A stretch of 64,000 bases of DNA. It comes from an uncultured Gammaproteobacteria bacterium (GTDB lineage: Bacteria > Pseudomonadota > Gammaproteobacteria > CAWCPV01). Positions 44,506-56,611 of the stretch are shown one piece after another (within the stretch, counting starts at the first letter, position 1; every line of letters begins with the position of its first letter). The notes under the pieces are model-generated. The model saw only the letters and a list, made by a program, of their open reading frames with translations. It was not told where the DNA came from and did no database searches. Both the position numbers and the translations under genes were made by a program. The stretch spans positions 128,001 to 192,000 of the forward strand of contig CAWCPV010000004.1 in NCBI GenBank assembly GCA_963797555.1. Reading direction: 5' to 3'.

Positions 44506-45273
44506 TCACTGACCGGTGCTCGTCCGGGCTGCAGCCGGCTCCAGGGACTTCAGGAGCGAACGGTAGACCCGTCCGTCCTTTTCCGTATAGTCGATGCGCA
44601 CCGGCAGGTAGCCCAGGGTCGGGGCACACCACAGCGTGAACTGGCGCTTGCTCGACTCGTCCAGCCGCCGCAGTTCCAGCGCTTCATACGCGCCCGAAGG
44701 TGTGGTGACTTGCCCGGTCGCGACGACACGGATGTGGTACGTGCGGATGCTGTGTTTCCTCGCGTCCACGACCGGGTAGCTGAAATCCTTCCCGCCCTTG
44801 GCGAGGTCCTGCATAAGCGCGATCTGGAACACCAGCGGGTCCATGGTGCCGTCCGGGAGAGCGACCTCTGAGGCGGCGTGGTCTGTCGTGACATGAGCGA
44901 GATGGGCGCCCCAGTCGAATACCACGCCGATGGACCGCTGCCTGGAGCCGCCCTCGCGCCGATAGCTGTACTCCAGGGGACGGACCCGACCGCCCGCGTA
45001 CTCCCAGCGGCTGCTTTCGAGGATGCGATCGGGAAACAGATGGCCGACGAGCCCGTTGGCGTGGCTGAGCGACTGGAACACGAACTGGCCGCTACCGGCC
45101 GCGCGCAGGACCCGGCGCGCTTCTCCCAGATCCATGCCGGCGGTGCTGATAGCGTAGACCGCCGTGAAAGGCCGTACGCTGGCCTCCTCCCCCCACGCAA
45201 TCGGGACGGCTACGAGCCACAGCAGCCAGAGCGCCGTTGCGCGCCACCCTGCGCGATGGAAGCTCGACGGCAT
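44506..45273 (-). CDS. DUF3108-like exported protein
   Basis: Signal peptide, beta-rich body, WCAPTLGYLPVRI; downstream of purN. Confidence 0.75.
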   Translation of the reverse strand: MPSSFHRAGWRATALWLLWLVAVPIAWGEEASVRPFTAVYAISTAGMDLGEARRVLRAAGSGQFVFQSLSHANGLVGHLFPDRILESSRWEYAGGRVRPLEYSYRREGGSRQRSIGVVFDWGAHLAHVTTDHAASEVALPDGTMDPLVFQIALMQDLAKGGKDFSYPVVDARKHSIRTYHIRVVATGQVTTPSGAYEALELRRLDESSKRQFTLWCAPTLGYLPVRIDYTEKDGRVYRSLLKSLEPAAARTSTGQ

Positions 45274-45356
45274 CTCCGCACGGCGATGGCCTGTGCCGTC
45301 CCGGTTTGACGGCCCGGGCGCGCCGGGGAGTGCTCCCCACCCCTCGATGCGGTGCA

Positions 45357-46016
45357 TCATCGGCCTTGCTGCGCGACAGCCGGAGTGGGGCTGGGCAGAG
45401 GACGCCCGTCCAGCCAGGCTCGCCCGCTCGACAACGCCAGCCGGCCCTGGGCAAACCAGCGTATGGCCTCCGGGAGGATGCGATGCTCCTGCTCCAATAC
45501 GCGGGCGGCGAGGTCGTCGGAGGTGTCGCTCGGCAGGACCGGCACGCGGGCCTGGATGATGACCGGCCCGCCGTCCAAGTCATCGGTGACGAAGTGCACG
45601 CTTGCTCCGTGCTCCTGCACGCCGGCCTCCAGCGCGCGCCGATGGGTGTCCAGGCCGCGAAACGCCGGCAAGAGGGATGGGTGGATGTTGATGGCCCGGC
45701 CCCGGAAATGGGCGACGATCTCCGCACCCAAGATGCGCATGAAGCCCGCTAGCACCAAGAGGTCCGGGCGATAGCGATCGACCACTCCGATGAGAGCCCG
45801 GTCGAAGGACGCCCGGTCTGCGAAGCGGCGGTGATCCAGAACTGCTGTGGGGATGCCGGCGGCCCGAGCCCGCAACAACCCGTACGCATCCTCGCGGTTG
45901 CTGATTACGGCGTTCACCACCGCGGGCAGCTCGCCGCGAGCCACGGCATCGATGATGGCCTGCAGGTTGCTTCCCCGGCCGGAGATGAGGACTGCCACGG
46001 ACGAGGGCTTGGTCAT
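45357..46016 (-). CDS. purN: Phosphoribosylglycinamide formyltransferase
   Basis: [32 protein letters not shown]. Confidence 0.96.
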   Translation of the reverse strand: MTKPSSVAVLISGRGSNLQAIIDAVARGELPAVVNAVISNREDAYGLLRARAAGIPTAVLDHRRFADRASFDRALIGVVDRYRPDLLVLAGFMRILGAEIVAHFRGRAINIHPSLLPAFRGLDTHRRALEAGVQEHGASVHFVTDDLDGGPVIIQARVPVLPSDTSDDLAARVLEQEHRILPEAIRWFAQGRLALSSGRAWLDGRPLPSPTPAVAQQGR

Positions 46017-47056
46017 GACTCGAAGACGACCTTGGCCGGGCCCTCCCCGCGGCGCATCTCGCCGATGGGCCAAGCCGTTTCGCCCAGGCTCTGCAACAGC
46101 TCCAGCGCCCGCCCCAAATGTTCCGGAGGCAGGCACGCCATCATGCCGATCCCGCAGTTGAATGTGCGGTGCATTTCGTCGTCGGAAAGCCGTCCCTGCG
46201 CCTGCAACCAGTCGAAGATGGGTGGGCGCGGCCACGCCGAGCGCGACAGGTGAGCCATGGAGCCTTGCGGAAGCACCCGCGGCAAGTTATCCATCAGCCC
46301 GCCCCCGGTGATGTGCGCCAAGGCGTGCAGCGGGATCTCACGGGCTAGCGCGAGCAAGGATCGGACATAGATGCGCGTGGGCTCGAGCAGCACGTCCGCG
46401 AGTCGGCGCCCGTGAAAGGCTTGGACGAGGTCTGCGCCGGTGCGCTCCAGGATCTTGCGGATCAGAGAGTAGCCGTTGGAATGGGGACCCGAGGAGGCGA
46501 TGCCGATGAGCGCATCGCCCGGGAGCACCCTGCGTCCATCGATGATCCGATCGCGCTCCACGACGCCGACGCAGAACCCCGCCAAATCGTAGTCTCCGGT
46601 CTGGTAGAGGCCCGGCATCTCGGCCGTCTCCCCACCGACCAAGGCGGCTCCGGCCAGCTCACAGCCGCGGGCGATCCCTTCGATGACCTGACGTGCGACG
46701 TCCACGTCCAGCTTACCGCTGGCATAGTAGTCCAGGAAAAACAGCGGCTCCGCCCCGGTGACGGCCACGTCGTTGACGCACATGGCTACGAGATCGATGC
46801 CTATGCTCTCGTGTCGCCCGCTCGCGAGAGCCAGCTTCAGCTTGGTGCCCACGCCGTCGGTGCTAGCCACCAGAACGGGGTGCCGATACTGGGCGAGCGG
46901 CGCCTCGAACAGCGCAGCAAAACCACCGACCCCCGCCAGGACGCCAGGGCGTCGAGTGCGGGCCGCCAGGGGCTTGATGATGTCCACCAACCGATCGCCG
47001 GCGTCGATGTCCACACCCGCTTCGCGGTAGGTCAGCGGAGGGCGTTCGGAATCCAT
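46013..47056 (-). CDS. purM: Phosphoribosylformylglycinamidine cyclo-ligase
   Basis: [36 protein letters not shown]. Confidence 0.96.
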   Translation of the reverse strand: MDSERPPLTYREAGVDIDAGDRLVDIIKPLAARTRRPGVLAGVGGFAALFEAPLAQYRHPVLVASTDGVGTKLKLALASGRHESIGIDLVAMCVNDVAVTGAEPLFFLDYYASGKLDVDVARQVIEGIARGCELAGAALVGGETAEMPGLYQTGDYDLAGFCVGVVERDRIIDGRRVLPGDALIGIASSGPHSNGYSLIRKILERTGADLVQAFHGRRLADVLLEPTRIYVRSLLALAREIPLHALAHITGGGLMDNLPRVLPQGSMAHLSRSAWPRPPIFDWLQAQGRLSDDEMHRTFNCGIGMMACLPPEHLGRALELLQSLGETAWPIGEMRRGEGPAKVVFES

Positions 47057-47277
47057 CTGTTGCACCTGCGCAGCCGTTGAAGCGACTAGCGCATGCGTCG
47101 GACTTTCCGCAACGGCCGGCCCCCGTTGGAACCGACGCTTGGTGCGGAGCCTCGGATGCGCGCACCTATGCTACCACGCCACGGTACTGGAGCCGCTATA
47201 CGGCCCTTCGGTCCGGGCACGGGAAGGTGTGCGTACGCCTTGACTTCGCGAGGCGAGCTGACTTAGCGTGCGCGGCT

Positions 47278-48315
47278 ATGTCGAAGATCCTGGCAGCCCT
47301 GTGCGCCCTGGCGTGCATGTCCGTGATCGCGCTAGGTGTACGCGCGGAGCCCAACGAGCTGTATGAGGCCGAGGTGCCGGTGAGCGGCCGCGATCCGCAA
47401 TTGCAGCCCGACGCCGTCCTGCAGGCACTCCTGGCGGTGGCGGTGAAAGTCTCCGGCCAGTCGCAGGTCGCCTCGCGGCTCAAGCCCGCGGTCGCCAACC
47501 CCGAGCGCCTGGTCCAGCAGTTCACTTACCGAGAAGGCGAGGGTGGGCGGACGATGCTGTGGGTGCGCTTTGAACCCCGCGCAGTGGACGGCCTGCTGCG
47601 GGCCCACGGCTTGCCGGTCTGGGGAAATCCGCGACCCACTGTCCTTCTCTGGCTCGGTCTCGAGGACCGAGGTCAGCGCATCCTGGTCGGCGCGGACGAG
47701 CGCCCCGATCTTCGGCAGGCGGCGACGGCAGCAGCGCGGCGGCGAGGCATTCCCCTGTTCATGCCGCTGCTCGACCTCGAGGACCAGACCCGCGTGCAAG
47801 CGGCGGACGTTTGGGCGGGTCGAATGGAGTCCCTGCGCAGCGCCAGTGCCCGCTATCACGCGGACGCGATCCTGGTGGCACATGTTGCGCCGGTTGCGGC
47901 GGACCACTGGGTCGGCGAATGGACGCTGCAAACGGGCGATGAGCCGACACAGTGGCGCACCGAGGGCAGCGCAACCGGCGTCGTCGAGGCGGGTGTGGAT
48001 GGTGCGGCCGATGCCCTCGCACGGCGCCGTGCCGGGGTCGGGGCCGGTGGCGGCGGCCCGGAGCAGCAGGCGCTGATGATCAAAGTCAAGGGCATCGGCA
48101 GCCTGCCCGAGTATGCTCAGGTGTTGCGTTACCTCGCTTCGCTGTCGCCGGTTAAGCAGGTGCGGCCTCGGCTGGTGGAGCCGGACAGCGTCACATTCAG
48201 CCTCGACGTGAGCGGTGGGCGTGCCGACCTCGACCAGGCGATCACGCTCGGTCACCTACTGGCACCGGTGCCATCATCCGCGGGAGCCGCGGCCGAATAC
48301 GGGCTGACACATTGA
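47278..48315 (+). CDS. DUF2066 domain exported protein
   Basis: Signal peptide, LYEAEVPV, WGNPRPTVLLWL, PLLDLED; typical position divergent from purM. Confidence 0.8.
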   Translation: MSKILAALCALACMSVIALGVRAEPNELYEAEVPVSGRDPQLQPDAVLQALLAVAVKVSGQSQVASRLKPAVANPERLVQQFTYREGEGGRTMLWVRFEPRAVDGLLRAHGLPVWGNPRPTVLLWLGLEDRGQRILVGADERPDLRQAATAAARRRGIPLFMPLLDLEDQTRVQAADVWAGRMESLRSASARYHADAILVAHVAPVAADHWVGEWTLQTGDEPTQWRTEGSATGVVEAGVDGAADALARRRAGVGAGGGGPEQQALMIKVKGIGSLPEYAQVLRYLASLSPVKQVRPRLVEPDSVTFSLDVSGGRADLDQAITLGHLLAPVPSSAGAAAEYGLTH

Positions 48316-48890
48316 CGCTGGCACACCTTCCGAACATCATCAGCCTGCTGCGTGTGATGCTGGTACTGCCCACGGTCTGGGCGCTGGTCCATGACCGTTA
48401 CGGGCTTGCCCTCGTCCTGTTCGCGGTTTGCGGTGCCTCCGACGCCCTCGATGGCTACCTCGCCAAGCGGTATGCGTGGACCAGCCGACTGGGTGCGATC
48501 CTCGACCCGCTGGCCGACAAGACCCTGCTGGTGGCGACCTACGTCACCTTGGCATGGCTCGGGGCGATCCCGCGCTGGCTGACGATCGCGGTGGTGGGCC
48601 GGGACCTCATCATCGTCGCTGGCGCGTTGGCGTACCATTTTCTGATCGGGCGCTTCGAGCTGGCTCCCACCTGGCTGAGCAAGGCGAACACACTGATGCA
48701 GATCGTTCTGGTCATGGCGGTGATGCTGGACCGCGCCGTGCCGGGCGTGCCGGCCCCAGTGCTCGTTTCTCTGATATATGGCGTGCTCTTGACCACGGTG
48801 CTGAGCGGGGTGGACTACATGATCATTTGGGGGCGGCGCGCGTGGCTGGTCGGACACCGTGGTGGCCCGGCCAAGAGCGGCGGCGGCTGA
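48312..48890 (+). CDS. CDP-alcohol phosphatidyltransferase
   Basis: LPNIISLLR and DALDGYLAKR...GAILDPLADK signature. Confidence 0.9.
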   Translation: MTLAHLPNIISLLRVMLVLPTVWALVHDRYGLALVLFAVCGASDALDGYLAKRYAWTSRLGAILDPLADKTLLVATYVTLAWLGAIPRWLTIAVVGRDLIIVAGALAYHFLIGRFELAPTWLSKANTLMQIVLVMAVMLDRAVPGVPAPVLVSLIYGVLLTTVLSGVDYMIIWGRRAWLVGHRGGPAKSGGG

Positions 48891-48954
48891 GGTCGGCGCG
48901 AGGCGGCCCGGGACGCCATAGCGGTCCAACGACCCGCGGCCAGAACGTCACGCC

Positions 48955-49650
48955 ATGGGCGTCCAGCTTCCCTTGAACATCCGCCTGACGGACGGGGCGA
49001 GCTTCGACAACTATTACCCCGGTCCTAACCGGGAGATATTGCATTGCCTGCGCCGCAGCTTGCAGGCGGAAGAGCAGTGCACGGTCTATCTCTGGGGCGG
49101 GGCGGGGGTGGGCAAGACGCATCTGCTGCAGGCCGCCTGCCGGCAGCTTACCAATCGCGGCGAGCCGAGCGTCTATCTTCCATTGGCGGAGGACACACCC
49201 CAGTCCATGCTGGACGGGCTGGATCAGATGGCTCTAGTCTGTCTGGATGATCTCCATGCCTGCACTGGCCGAGGAACGTGGGAGCATGTTCTGTTCGCCC
49301 TCTACAACCGCTGTCAAGAGGTCGGCACGCAGCTCTTGGTGGCCGCAAATGCGCCTCCGGGCTCGATTGGATTGGCGCTACCAGACTTGGTGTCGCGCCT
49401 CTCGTGGGGGCTGGTCCTGCACGTTCGGGGGCTGAGCGAACGAGACAAGGTGGCCGCTCTTCGGCACCGGGCCCGAGGTCGCGGGCTGGATCTGCCGGTC
49501 GCGGTGGCCTCCTTCCTGCTGAGGCGCTATCCGAGGGATCTGCCGTTCCTGTTCGGGCTACTGGATCGGATCGACTTGGCCGCGTTCACGGCGCACCGCC
49601 AAGTCACCATTCCATTCGTCAAGGGGGTGCTCGAATCCAGCGACCGCTGA
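48955..49650 (+). CDS. hda: DnaA regulatory inactivator Hda
   Basis: N-terminal clamp motif QLPL, SFDNY, GVGKTHLL, PDLVSRL, TIPFVK. Confidence 0.93.
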   Translation: MGVQLPLNIRLTDGASFDNYYPGPNREILHCLRRSLQAEEQCTVYLWGGAGVGKTHLLQAACRQLTNRGEPSVYLPLAEDTPQSMLDGLDQMALVCLDDLHACTGRGTWEHVLFALYNRCQEVGTQLLVAANAPPGSIGLALPDLVSRLSWGLVLHVRGLSERDKVAALRHRARGRGLDLPVAVASFLLRRYPRDLPFLFGLLDRIDLAAFTAHRQVTIPFVKGVLESSDR

Positions 49651-49664
49651 TGGAGCGGGCGCCT

Positions 49665-50614
<950 letters not shown>

Positions 50615-50719
50615 GGATCTTCCGGGGTGGGACGGGCATCAATTCTATCGTGCCTTTCCTTGACAGCCTACATACCTGGTGTTAGCTTCGCTTCGGATTC
50701 GCGTGGCTGGGTGACAGAT

Positions 50720-51340
50720 ATGCGTTGTGCCACAAGGTACACGGGGCTTCTGGCGGGGTGCTTTGCGTGCTTGCTGGTCGGATGCGCCAGCGCCCCGATC
50801 CAGCAAATGAGCGACGCCCGCCAGGCCTTGCAGGCTGCCGAGCAGGTGGGTGCTCCGGAGCTGGCCCCCATCGAGTTCAAGCAGGCGAACCGACATTTGA
50901 GGAAGGCCGAGCACGCCATGGAGGTAGCGGAGTATCGGAGGGCGCGAGCGGAGGCCGAGCAGGCGCAGGGGCAGGCCACCGATGCCCGATCGCTCGCGGT
51001 TGCCCTGCGGGCGGCTCATGACGCGGTCGAGCAAGGGAAGGCGATCGGGGCGCCATCCCCCGATGCAGGCTTATTCCTGGACCGCGCATTGCAGGCGGCG
51101 AAGCTGGGTCAGACAGAGCGGGCGCATGCGCTCGCGACGCAGGCGCACGATGTCGCTACCGCCGCAGCCGGCAAGTGGTATGCCAGCCAGGCCTGGCGTC
51201 TCATCGAGCGCCTGGAGGCATCCGCTGCCCGTTTGGAACCCGGTGAGCGCGCGCGCCTGGATAAGGCCAAGGAAGCCTATGAACGGGGCGACGGCAAGGC
51301 GGCCTACGATCTATTGAAGCCGCTCGCTAATGCTCCTTGA
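50720..51340 (+). CDS. DUF4398-like helical lipoprotein
   Basis: Lipobox LVGC, APIQQMSDARQALQAAEQVGA; Ala-rich helices. Confidence 0.7.
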   Translation: MRCATRYTGLLAGCFACLLVGCASAPIQQMSDARQALQAAEQVGAPELAPIEFKQANRHLRKAEHAMEVAEYRRARAEAEQAQGQATDARSLAVALRAAHDAVEQGKAIGAPSPDAGLFLDRALQAAKLGQTERAHALATQAHDVATAAAGKWYASQAWRLIERLEASAARLEPGERARLDKAKEAYERGDGKAAYDLLKPLANAP

Positions 51341-51453
51341 GGGGTGCGCCCACAGATGATTGCTCGGCGAATCGCCGCCTTGCCGCGCGAGCCTGGCATC
51401 CCCGGCGGCGGGCGAGCGGCCCTCGCTGCGGCGAGACCCGCCTCTGGCGCGTC

Positions 51454-52735
51454 ATGAGGCGGCAGGCCGCCAGGCTGATCGCGTACGGCCTGGCCTTCCT
51501 TCGTCACTTGTCCGCTCGCTTCTGTGCGGACCGCTGCCTGATCGCCGCGGCGGGGCTCTCCTATGCGACCCTGCTATCCCTGGTGCCACTCATGACAGTG
51601 GCCTTCGCCGCGCTGGCGACCTTTCCCGTGTTTCAGACCTTCGCGGCGGACATCCAGGACTTCATCTTCAAGAACTTCGTGCCCGCGTTTGGTCAGTTGG
51701 TAGAGGAGCACCTGCGCCAATTCGTGGACCAGGCCAAGGGCCTCACTGCCGTCGGTATCCTGTTCCTGATCCTCGCAGCACTCTTGTTGATGGCGGAGAT
51801 CGAACGGGCCCTCAACGACATCTGGCAGGTCCGACGCCGCCGCCGTGCTCTGTCCAGTTTTCTCGTCTGTTGGGCAGTGCTCAGCCTGGGGCCGCTGCTC
51901 ATCGGCATGAGTCTGGCCATGACGTTCCTATCTGGTTTCGCTGCCGTTATTCTCCAATACGGCCGGTGTGGGCGCCAAGGCACTGGTGTTTCGGACGATG
52001 CCGTTCCTGCTGACGACATCGGCGGCCACGCTGTTGTACACCGTCGTCCCGAACCGCACCGTGGGGCTGCGCTACGCGCTCGCCGGCGCCTTGGTCGCCG
52101 CGATTTTCTTCGAGTTGGCGAACCGCGGGTTCGCGTTCTATGTGACCCACTTTCCCGTTTATCGGATGATTTACGGCGCCCTGGCCGCCATCCCGGTGTT
52201 CCTGCTATGGATATATGTGTCGTGGGTGGTGATACTGCTGGGCGCTGAAGTGACCCGCGCGCTGATGACGTTCCGTCCCGAAGACGCGGGCGGGCCGAAG
52301 ACGCGGGGAGGCGTGGGATTGGTCGATGCCTACCGAATCGTCGGACATTTGTGGGACGCTCAGGCACAGGGCCTCGCCCTTTCCGAGCGGGACCTCTTGA
52401 ATCGGGAGCCCGAGATCGGGGAGTCGGGACTCGAGGCGTTGCTCGCCGAGCTTGAAGCCGGTCGGCTATTGCAGCGCACCGCTGCCGGGGACTGGATGCT
52501 GGCCCGAGACTGCTCTCGGCTGACGCTCGGCGACCTTTACGACTACTTGCCGTACCGGCTTCCGGAGCCGGACGCGGCTTGGCGGAATCGGGACGGGCGC
52601 AGTGGTGCTCTGTCGCGGCTGCTCTCGGCGACCCGTCACTGCCTGGACGAGGGCATGCACGTGCCGCTCGAGTCGCTATACCAGGACGCAGACGGTGCGG
52701 TTGGCGCCGCTGTCCGCAGAATTCCTGCGGAATAA
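51454..52735 (+). pseudogene. yihY: YihY/BrkB family inner membrane protein, frameshift at ~51930
   Basis: AAGLSYATLLSLVP in the first frame; IYGALAAIPVFLLWIY and a wHTH-like tail in the second. Confidence 0.85.
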
Positions 52736-53008
52736 CCGGGTACAGGTACTCGCCGCGGCACTCGCCGGCCCGAAGTCTGTGGCGGCCGTCGCGCAGAGCG
52801 TGGGCGGATACCGCCTCGCCAGCCTACCGCTGATAATCCGCAACGGGCGTCACTGGCCCTTCACGAGTGCCCGATGTGCAGCCGGATGCTCCCGCGCATC
52901 CGGCCACGTCCGGCCAGCGTCGTGGCCGTCTCGGGGCCGGCGCGGCACTGTTGTCCCGCGGGGCCATGCGAGAGTTCTCATCATCGTGCAGCCGAGGAGC
53001 GACAGCGC

Positions 53009-53230
53009 GTGACTGACAGGCAAGAGGAACACGAGCGGGCCACACTCGCGCAGGTGATCGCGGGGGTTCTTGCGGCTTTCTTCGGCGTCCGCCGACGCGC
53101 CAAACACGAGGAAGGAATGCGCAAGGCTACGCCCGGGCAAGTGATCTTGGTGGGGCTTATTCTCGTGGGCGGACTGGTCCTCCTGCTCGTGTCCGTCGTA
53201 TGGCTGGTTGTCCGGCTCACGGGGAGCTGA
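53009..53230 (+). CDS. DUF2970-like small membrane protein
   Basis: VLAAFFGV followed by a hydrophobic C-terminal helix; GAGGAG RBS. Confidence 0.7.
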   Translation: MTDRQEEHERATLAQVIAGVLAAFFGVRRRAKHEEGMRKATPGQVILVGLILVGGLVLLLVSVVWLVVRLTGS

Positions 53231-53371
53231 GAGCTTGTGAATAAATCTGCTGCGCGTCCCGATAGCCGCGTTGCGCGGTGCTCGCTCCTCGCCTATCTAC
53301 TTGATATGTCTCGTCGCTGCGCTCCGTGCGCCTTGCTCTCGGACCGCTCGCGACGATTTCTTCACAAGCTC
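53231..53371 (+). mobile_element. 141-bp MITE-like element
   Basis: Perfect 11-bp IRs GAGCTTGTGAA / TTCACAAGCTC; TGA duplicated at 53228-53230 and 53372-53374; internally self-complementary; no ORF. Confidence 0.8.
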
Positions 53372-53678
53372 TGAGAGCTTGAGAAAAAGCCAAAGGGCGC
53401 GACTTATCCCGCCGCGTGGAATGTCTGACCCTACCAGATCAACGCGTTATGCTGCGTACCCGGAAAGCAGGAAGACCTACGGCGTTTTATTCAGACGCCC
53501 CGAGGGCTGCGAGCGAATCGGAGAGTAGCTGTTTTGTGGAAAATGTGTATTATTGTGTGAAACGATGCCTAGACGCTTAGCGGCGTCGTGGTAGAAAAGT
53601 CAGGTCGGGCTGGTTCGCCCGGCCGGGTGATGAAGGAGAAATGTGACGGTGATCCACAGGTCGCTCGGGGTATGACGC

Positions 53679-55391
53679 GTGGCGGCCGTTGACCCCACCA
53701 TCCGTCTCGGCGGGCTTGCGCACAGGCTGGTAGAGGACGGTCTGCTCGCTGCAGACGAGGCCCGGACGGCCTATGATGAGGCGCGCAAGAAGAACACCCT
53801 CTTCGTAAGCTTCCTGGTCCGCGAGAAGGGCGTCAACAGCCTGCGACTCGCTCTGGCGGCTGCACAGGAGTTCGGCGTCCCTCTGCTGAACCTGGACGCC
53901 TTGGACTTCGACCATCTGCCGCTCGACCTCCTGAATGTAAAGCTCATTCAGCAGAGGCATGCGCTGCCCATCTTCAAGCGGGGCACCCGGCTGTTCGTCG
54001 CGGTCTCCGATCCCACGAACCTGCGCGCCCTGGACGATATCAAGTTCCAGACCGGCATCAATACCGAGGCGGTGCTGGTCGAAGAGGACAAGCTCATCAA
54101 GTACATCGAGCGCGTCGCCGAGGCCAAGGATACCACCCTGGCCGGCTTGGCCGATGTGGATCTGGACAATCTCCAGATCGAGGGCGGAGATATCGAGGCC
54201 GGCGCGGAGATTCGGGAATCCGATGTCGAAGATGCGCCCGTGGTCCGCTTCGTCAACAAGATATTGCTGGACGCAATCAACAAGGGCGCCTCCGACATCC
54301 ATTTCGAGCCGTACGAGAAGAGCTACCGGGTGCGCGTACGCATCGACGGGGTCCTATACGAAGTGGCTGCGCCGCCGGTCGCACTGTCGCCGCGGTTGGC
54401 GGCGCGGCTCAAGGTCATGTCCAGACTGGATATCTCGGAGCGCCGAATGCCCCAGGACGGCCGCATCAAGCTGCGGCTGTCTCAGACGCGGGCCATCGAC
54501 TTCCGCGTCAACACACTGCCCGCGCTGTGGGGCGAAAAGGTGGTGCTGAGGATTCTCGACTCCGGCACGGCGAGGATCGGCGTCGACAGCCTGGGATTCG
54601 AGGATGATCAGAAGCAGATCTTCCTCGGGATCATTCACCGGCCGCAGGGAATGGTGCTGGTCACCGGTCCCACCGGCAGCGGAAAGACGGTCACGCAGTA
54701 CACTGCCCTGAACATCGTCAACACCGTGGACCGGAACATCTGCACGGCGGAGGACCCGGTCGAGATCTACGTCAGCGGGATCAACCAGGTCAACGTCAAC
54801 CACAAGATCGGCCTGACGTTCGCGGAGGCTCTGCGCGCGTTCCTGCGGCAGGATCCGGATATCATCATGGTCGGCGAGGTTCGGGATCTGGAGACCGCCG
54901 ACATCGCTATCAAGGCGGCGCAGACCGGACACATGGTGCTGTCGACGCTGCACACCAACGACGCGCCCCAGACCCTGACCCGTTTGGTCAACATGGGCGT
55001 CCCGCCTTACAACATCGCGTCCTCGGTGTCTCTCATCATTGCCCAGCGCTTGGCCAGGCGGTTATGCGATCACTGCAAGAGTCCCGCCGATATCCCGAAA
55101 GCCGAGCTGATTCGTGAGGGCTTCCGGGAAGGCGAGCTGGCGGATCTGAAAGTGTACCGGCCGGTCGGGTGCGACCAGTGTACCAATGGGTACAAGGGCC
55201 GGGTCGGGATCTTTCAGGTCTTGCCCGTGACGGAGACGATCGGTCGTCTCATCATGGAAGGCAGCAATGCCATGCAGATCGCCGAGCAGGCTGTGCGCGA
55301 GGGCGTCGACACGCTGCGCCAGTCCGGACTGCGAAAGGTTCGGGCGGGCGTTACCAGTCTGACCGAGGTGAATCGAGTCATCACGGAGTAG
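53679..55391 (+). CDS. pilB: Type IV-A pilus assembly ATPase PilB
   Basis: GASDIHFEP, GPTGSGKT, LRQDPD, STLHTN, CDHC...CDQC. Confidence 0.95.
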   Translation: MAAVDPTIRLGGLAHRLVEDGLLAADEARTAYDEARKKNTLFVSFLVREKGVNSLRLALAAAQEFGVPLLNLDALDFDHLPLDLLNVKLIQQRHALPIFKRGTRLFVAVSDPTNLRALDDIKFQTGINTEAVLVEEDKLIKYIERVAEAKDTTLAGLADVDLDNLQIEGGDIEAGAEIRESDVEDAPVVRFVNKILLDAINKGASDIHFEPYEKSYRVRVRIDGVLYEVAAPPVALSPRLAARLKVMSRLDISERRMPQDGRIKLRLSQTRAIDFRVNTLPALWGEKVVLRILDSGTARIGVDSLGFEDDQKQIFLGIIHRPQGMVLVTGPTGSGKTVTQYTALNIVNTVDRNICTAEDPVEIYVSGINQVNVNHKIGLTFAEALRAFLRQDPDIIMVGEVRDLETADIAIKAAQTGHMVLSTLHTNDAPQTLTRLVNMGVPPYNIASSVSLIIAQRLARRLCDHCKSPADIPKAELIREGFREGELADLKVYRPVGCDQCTNGYKGRVGIFQVLPVTETIGRLIMEGSNAMQIAEQAVREGVDTLRQSGLRKVRAGVTSLTEVNRVITE

Positions 55392-55393
55392 CT

Positions 55394-56611
55394 ATGGCCA
55401 ATCAGGCAGCCGCAGAGACGGTATTTCGGTGGGAGGGCATGGACCGCCAGGGGAACCGCCTGAAGGGCGAGATGCCGGCGAAAAATCTCTTGCTGCTGAA
55501 GGCGGAGCTCCGGCGTCAGGGGATCGTCCCGGTGCGTGCGAAGAAGAAGTCGGCGCTGTTCGGCGCCCGCAAGAAGCGCATCAAACCCAAGGACATCGCG
55601 ATCGCCACGCGCCAGCTCGCGACCATGGTGCGCGCCGGCGTGCCCCTGGTCCAGTCCCTGGAAATGATCGGACGGGGTCACGAGAATCCCTCCATCCAGG
55701 AGCTGGTGATTGGCATCAAGAACGATGTGGAAGCCGGCAGCGCCTTTGCCGAGGCATTAGAGAAGCGCCCTCTTTACTTCGATGAGCTCTACACCAGCCT
55801 GGTGCGCGCCGGCGAGCAGGCGGGGGCGTTGGACGACCTGCTGGAGAAGATCGCGACCTACAAGGAGCGCACCGAGTCCATCAAGGCGAAGATCAAGAAA
55901 GCCATGTTCTACCCGACCGCGGTCATCATCGCCGCCACCATCGTCACGTCGATCCTGCTCATCTTCGTTATCCCGCAGTTCCGGGCGCTGTTCCAGAGCT
56001 TCGGCGCCGACCTCCCCGCCTTCACCCTGTTCGTCCTGTGGCTGTCCGAGGTGGTTCAGAAATGGTGGTGGGCGATCTTCAGCGTCATCGGTCTCGCAGG
56101 CTATGCCTTCTACGAGGCCAAGCGCCGCTCTCAGAAGTTTGCGCGCCTTCTGGGCCGCCTGTCGCTCAAGCTGCCTATTCTGGGGGACATCTTCGTCAAG
56201 GCGGCGATCGCCCGCTTTGCGCGCACGCTCTCGGTCCTGTTTGCGGCCGGCGTGCCCCTGGTCGAGGCAATGCAGTCGGTGGCCGGGGCCACCGGCAACG
56301 CGATGTACTCCGAGGCGGTGCAGCGCATGCGCGAGCAGGTTTCCACGGGTCAGCAACTGCAGATGGCGATGCGTGTCACCGGACTGTTTCCCAACATGGT
56401 GGTGCAGATGGTGCAGATCGGGGAGGAGTCCGGCTCCTTGGAGCAGATGCTGGCAAAGGTAGCCGACTTCTACGAGGAAGAGGTGAACAACGCCGTCGAC
56501 GCCCTGAGCACCCTGATCGAGCCCATCGTCATCGGCATTCTCGGTGTGGTCATCGGTGGACTGGTGATCGCCATGTACCTGCCTATCTTCAAGCTAGCGG
56601 CCGTGGTGTGA
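55394..56611 (+). CDS. pilC: Type IV pilus platform protein PilC
   Basis: TRQLATMVRAGVPL, GEQAGALD, GEESGSLE, MYLPIF. Confidence 0.94.
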   Translation: MANQAAAETVFRWEGMDRQGNRLKGEMPAKNLLLLKAELRRQGIVPVRAKKKSALFGARKKRIKPKDIAIATRQLATMVRAGVPLVQSLEMIGRGHENPSIQELVIGIKNDVEAGSAFAEALEKRPLYFDELYTSLVRAGEQAGALDDLLEKIATYKERTESIKAKIKKAMFYPTAVIIAATIVTSILLIFVIPQFRALFQSFGADLPAFTLFVLWLSEVVQKWWWAIFSVIGLAGYAFYEAKRRSQKFARLLGRLSLKLPILGDIFVKAAIARFARTLSVLFAAGVPLVEAMQSVAGATGNAMYSEAVQRMREQVSTGQQLQMAMRVTGLFPNMVVQMVQIGEESGSLEQMLAKVADFYEEEVNNAVDALSTLIEPIVIGILGVVIGGLVIAMYLPIFKLAAVV

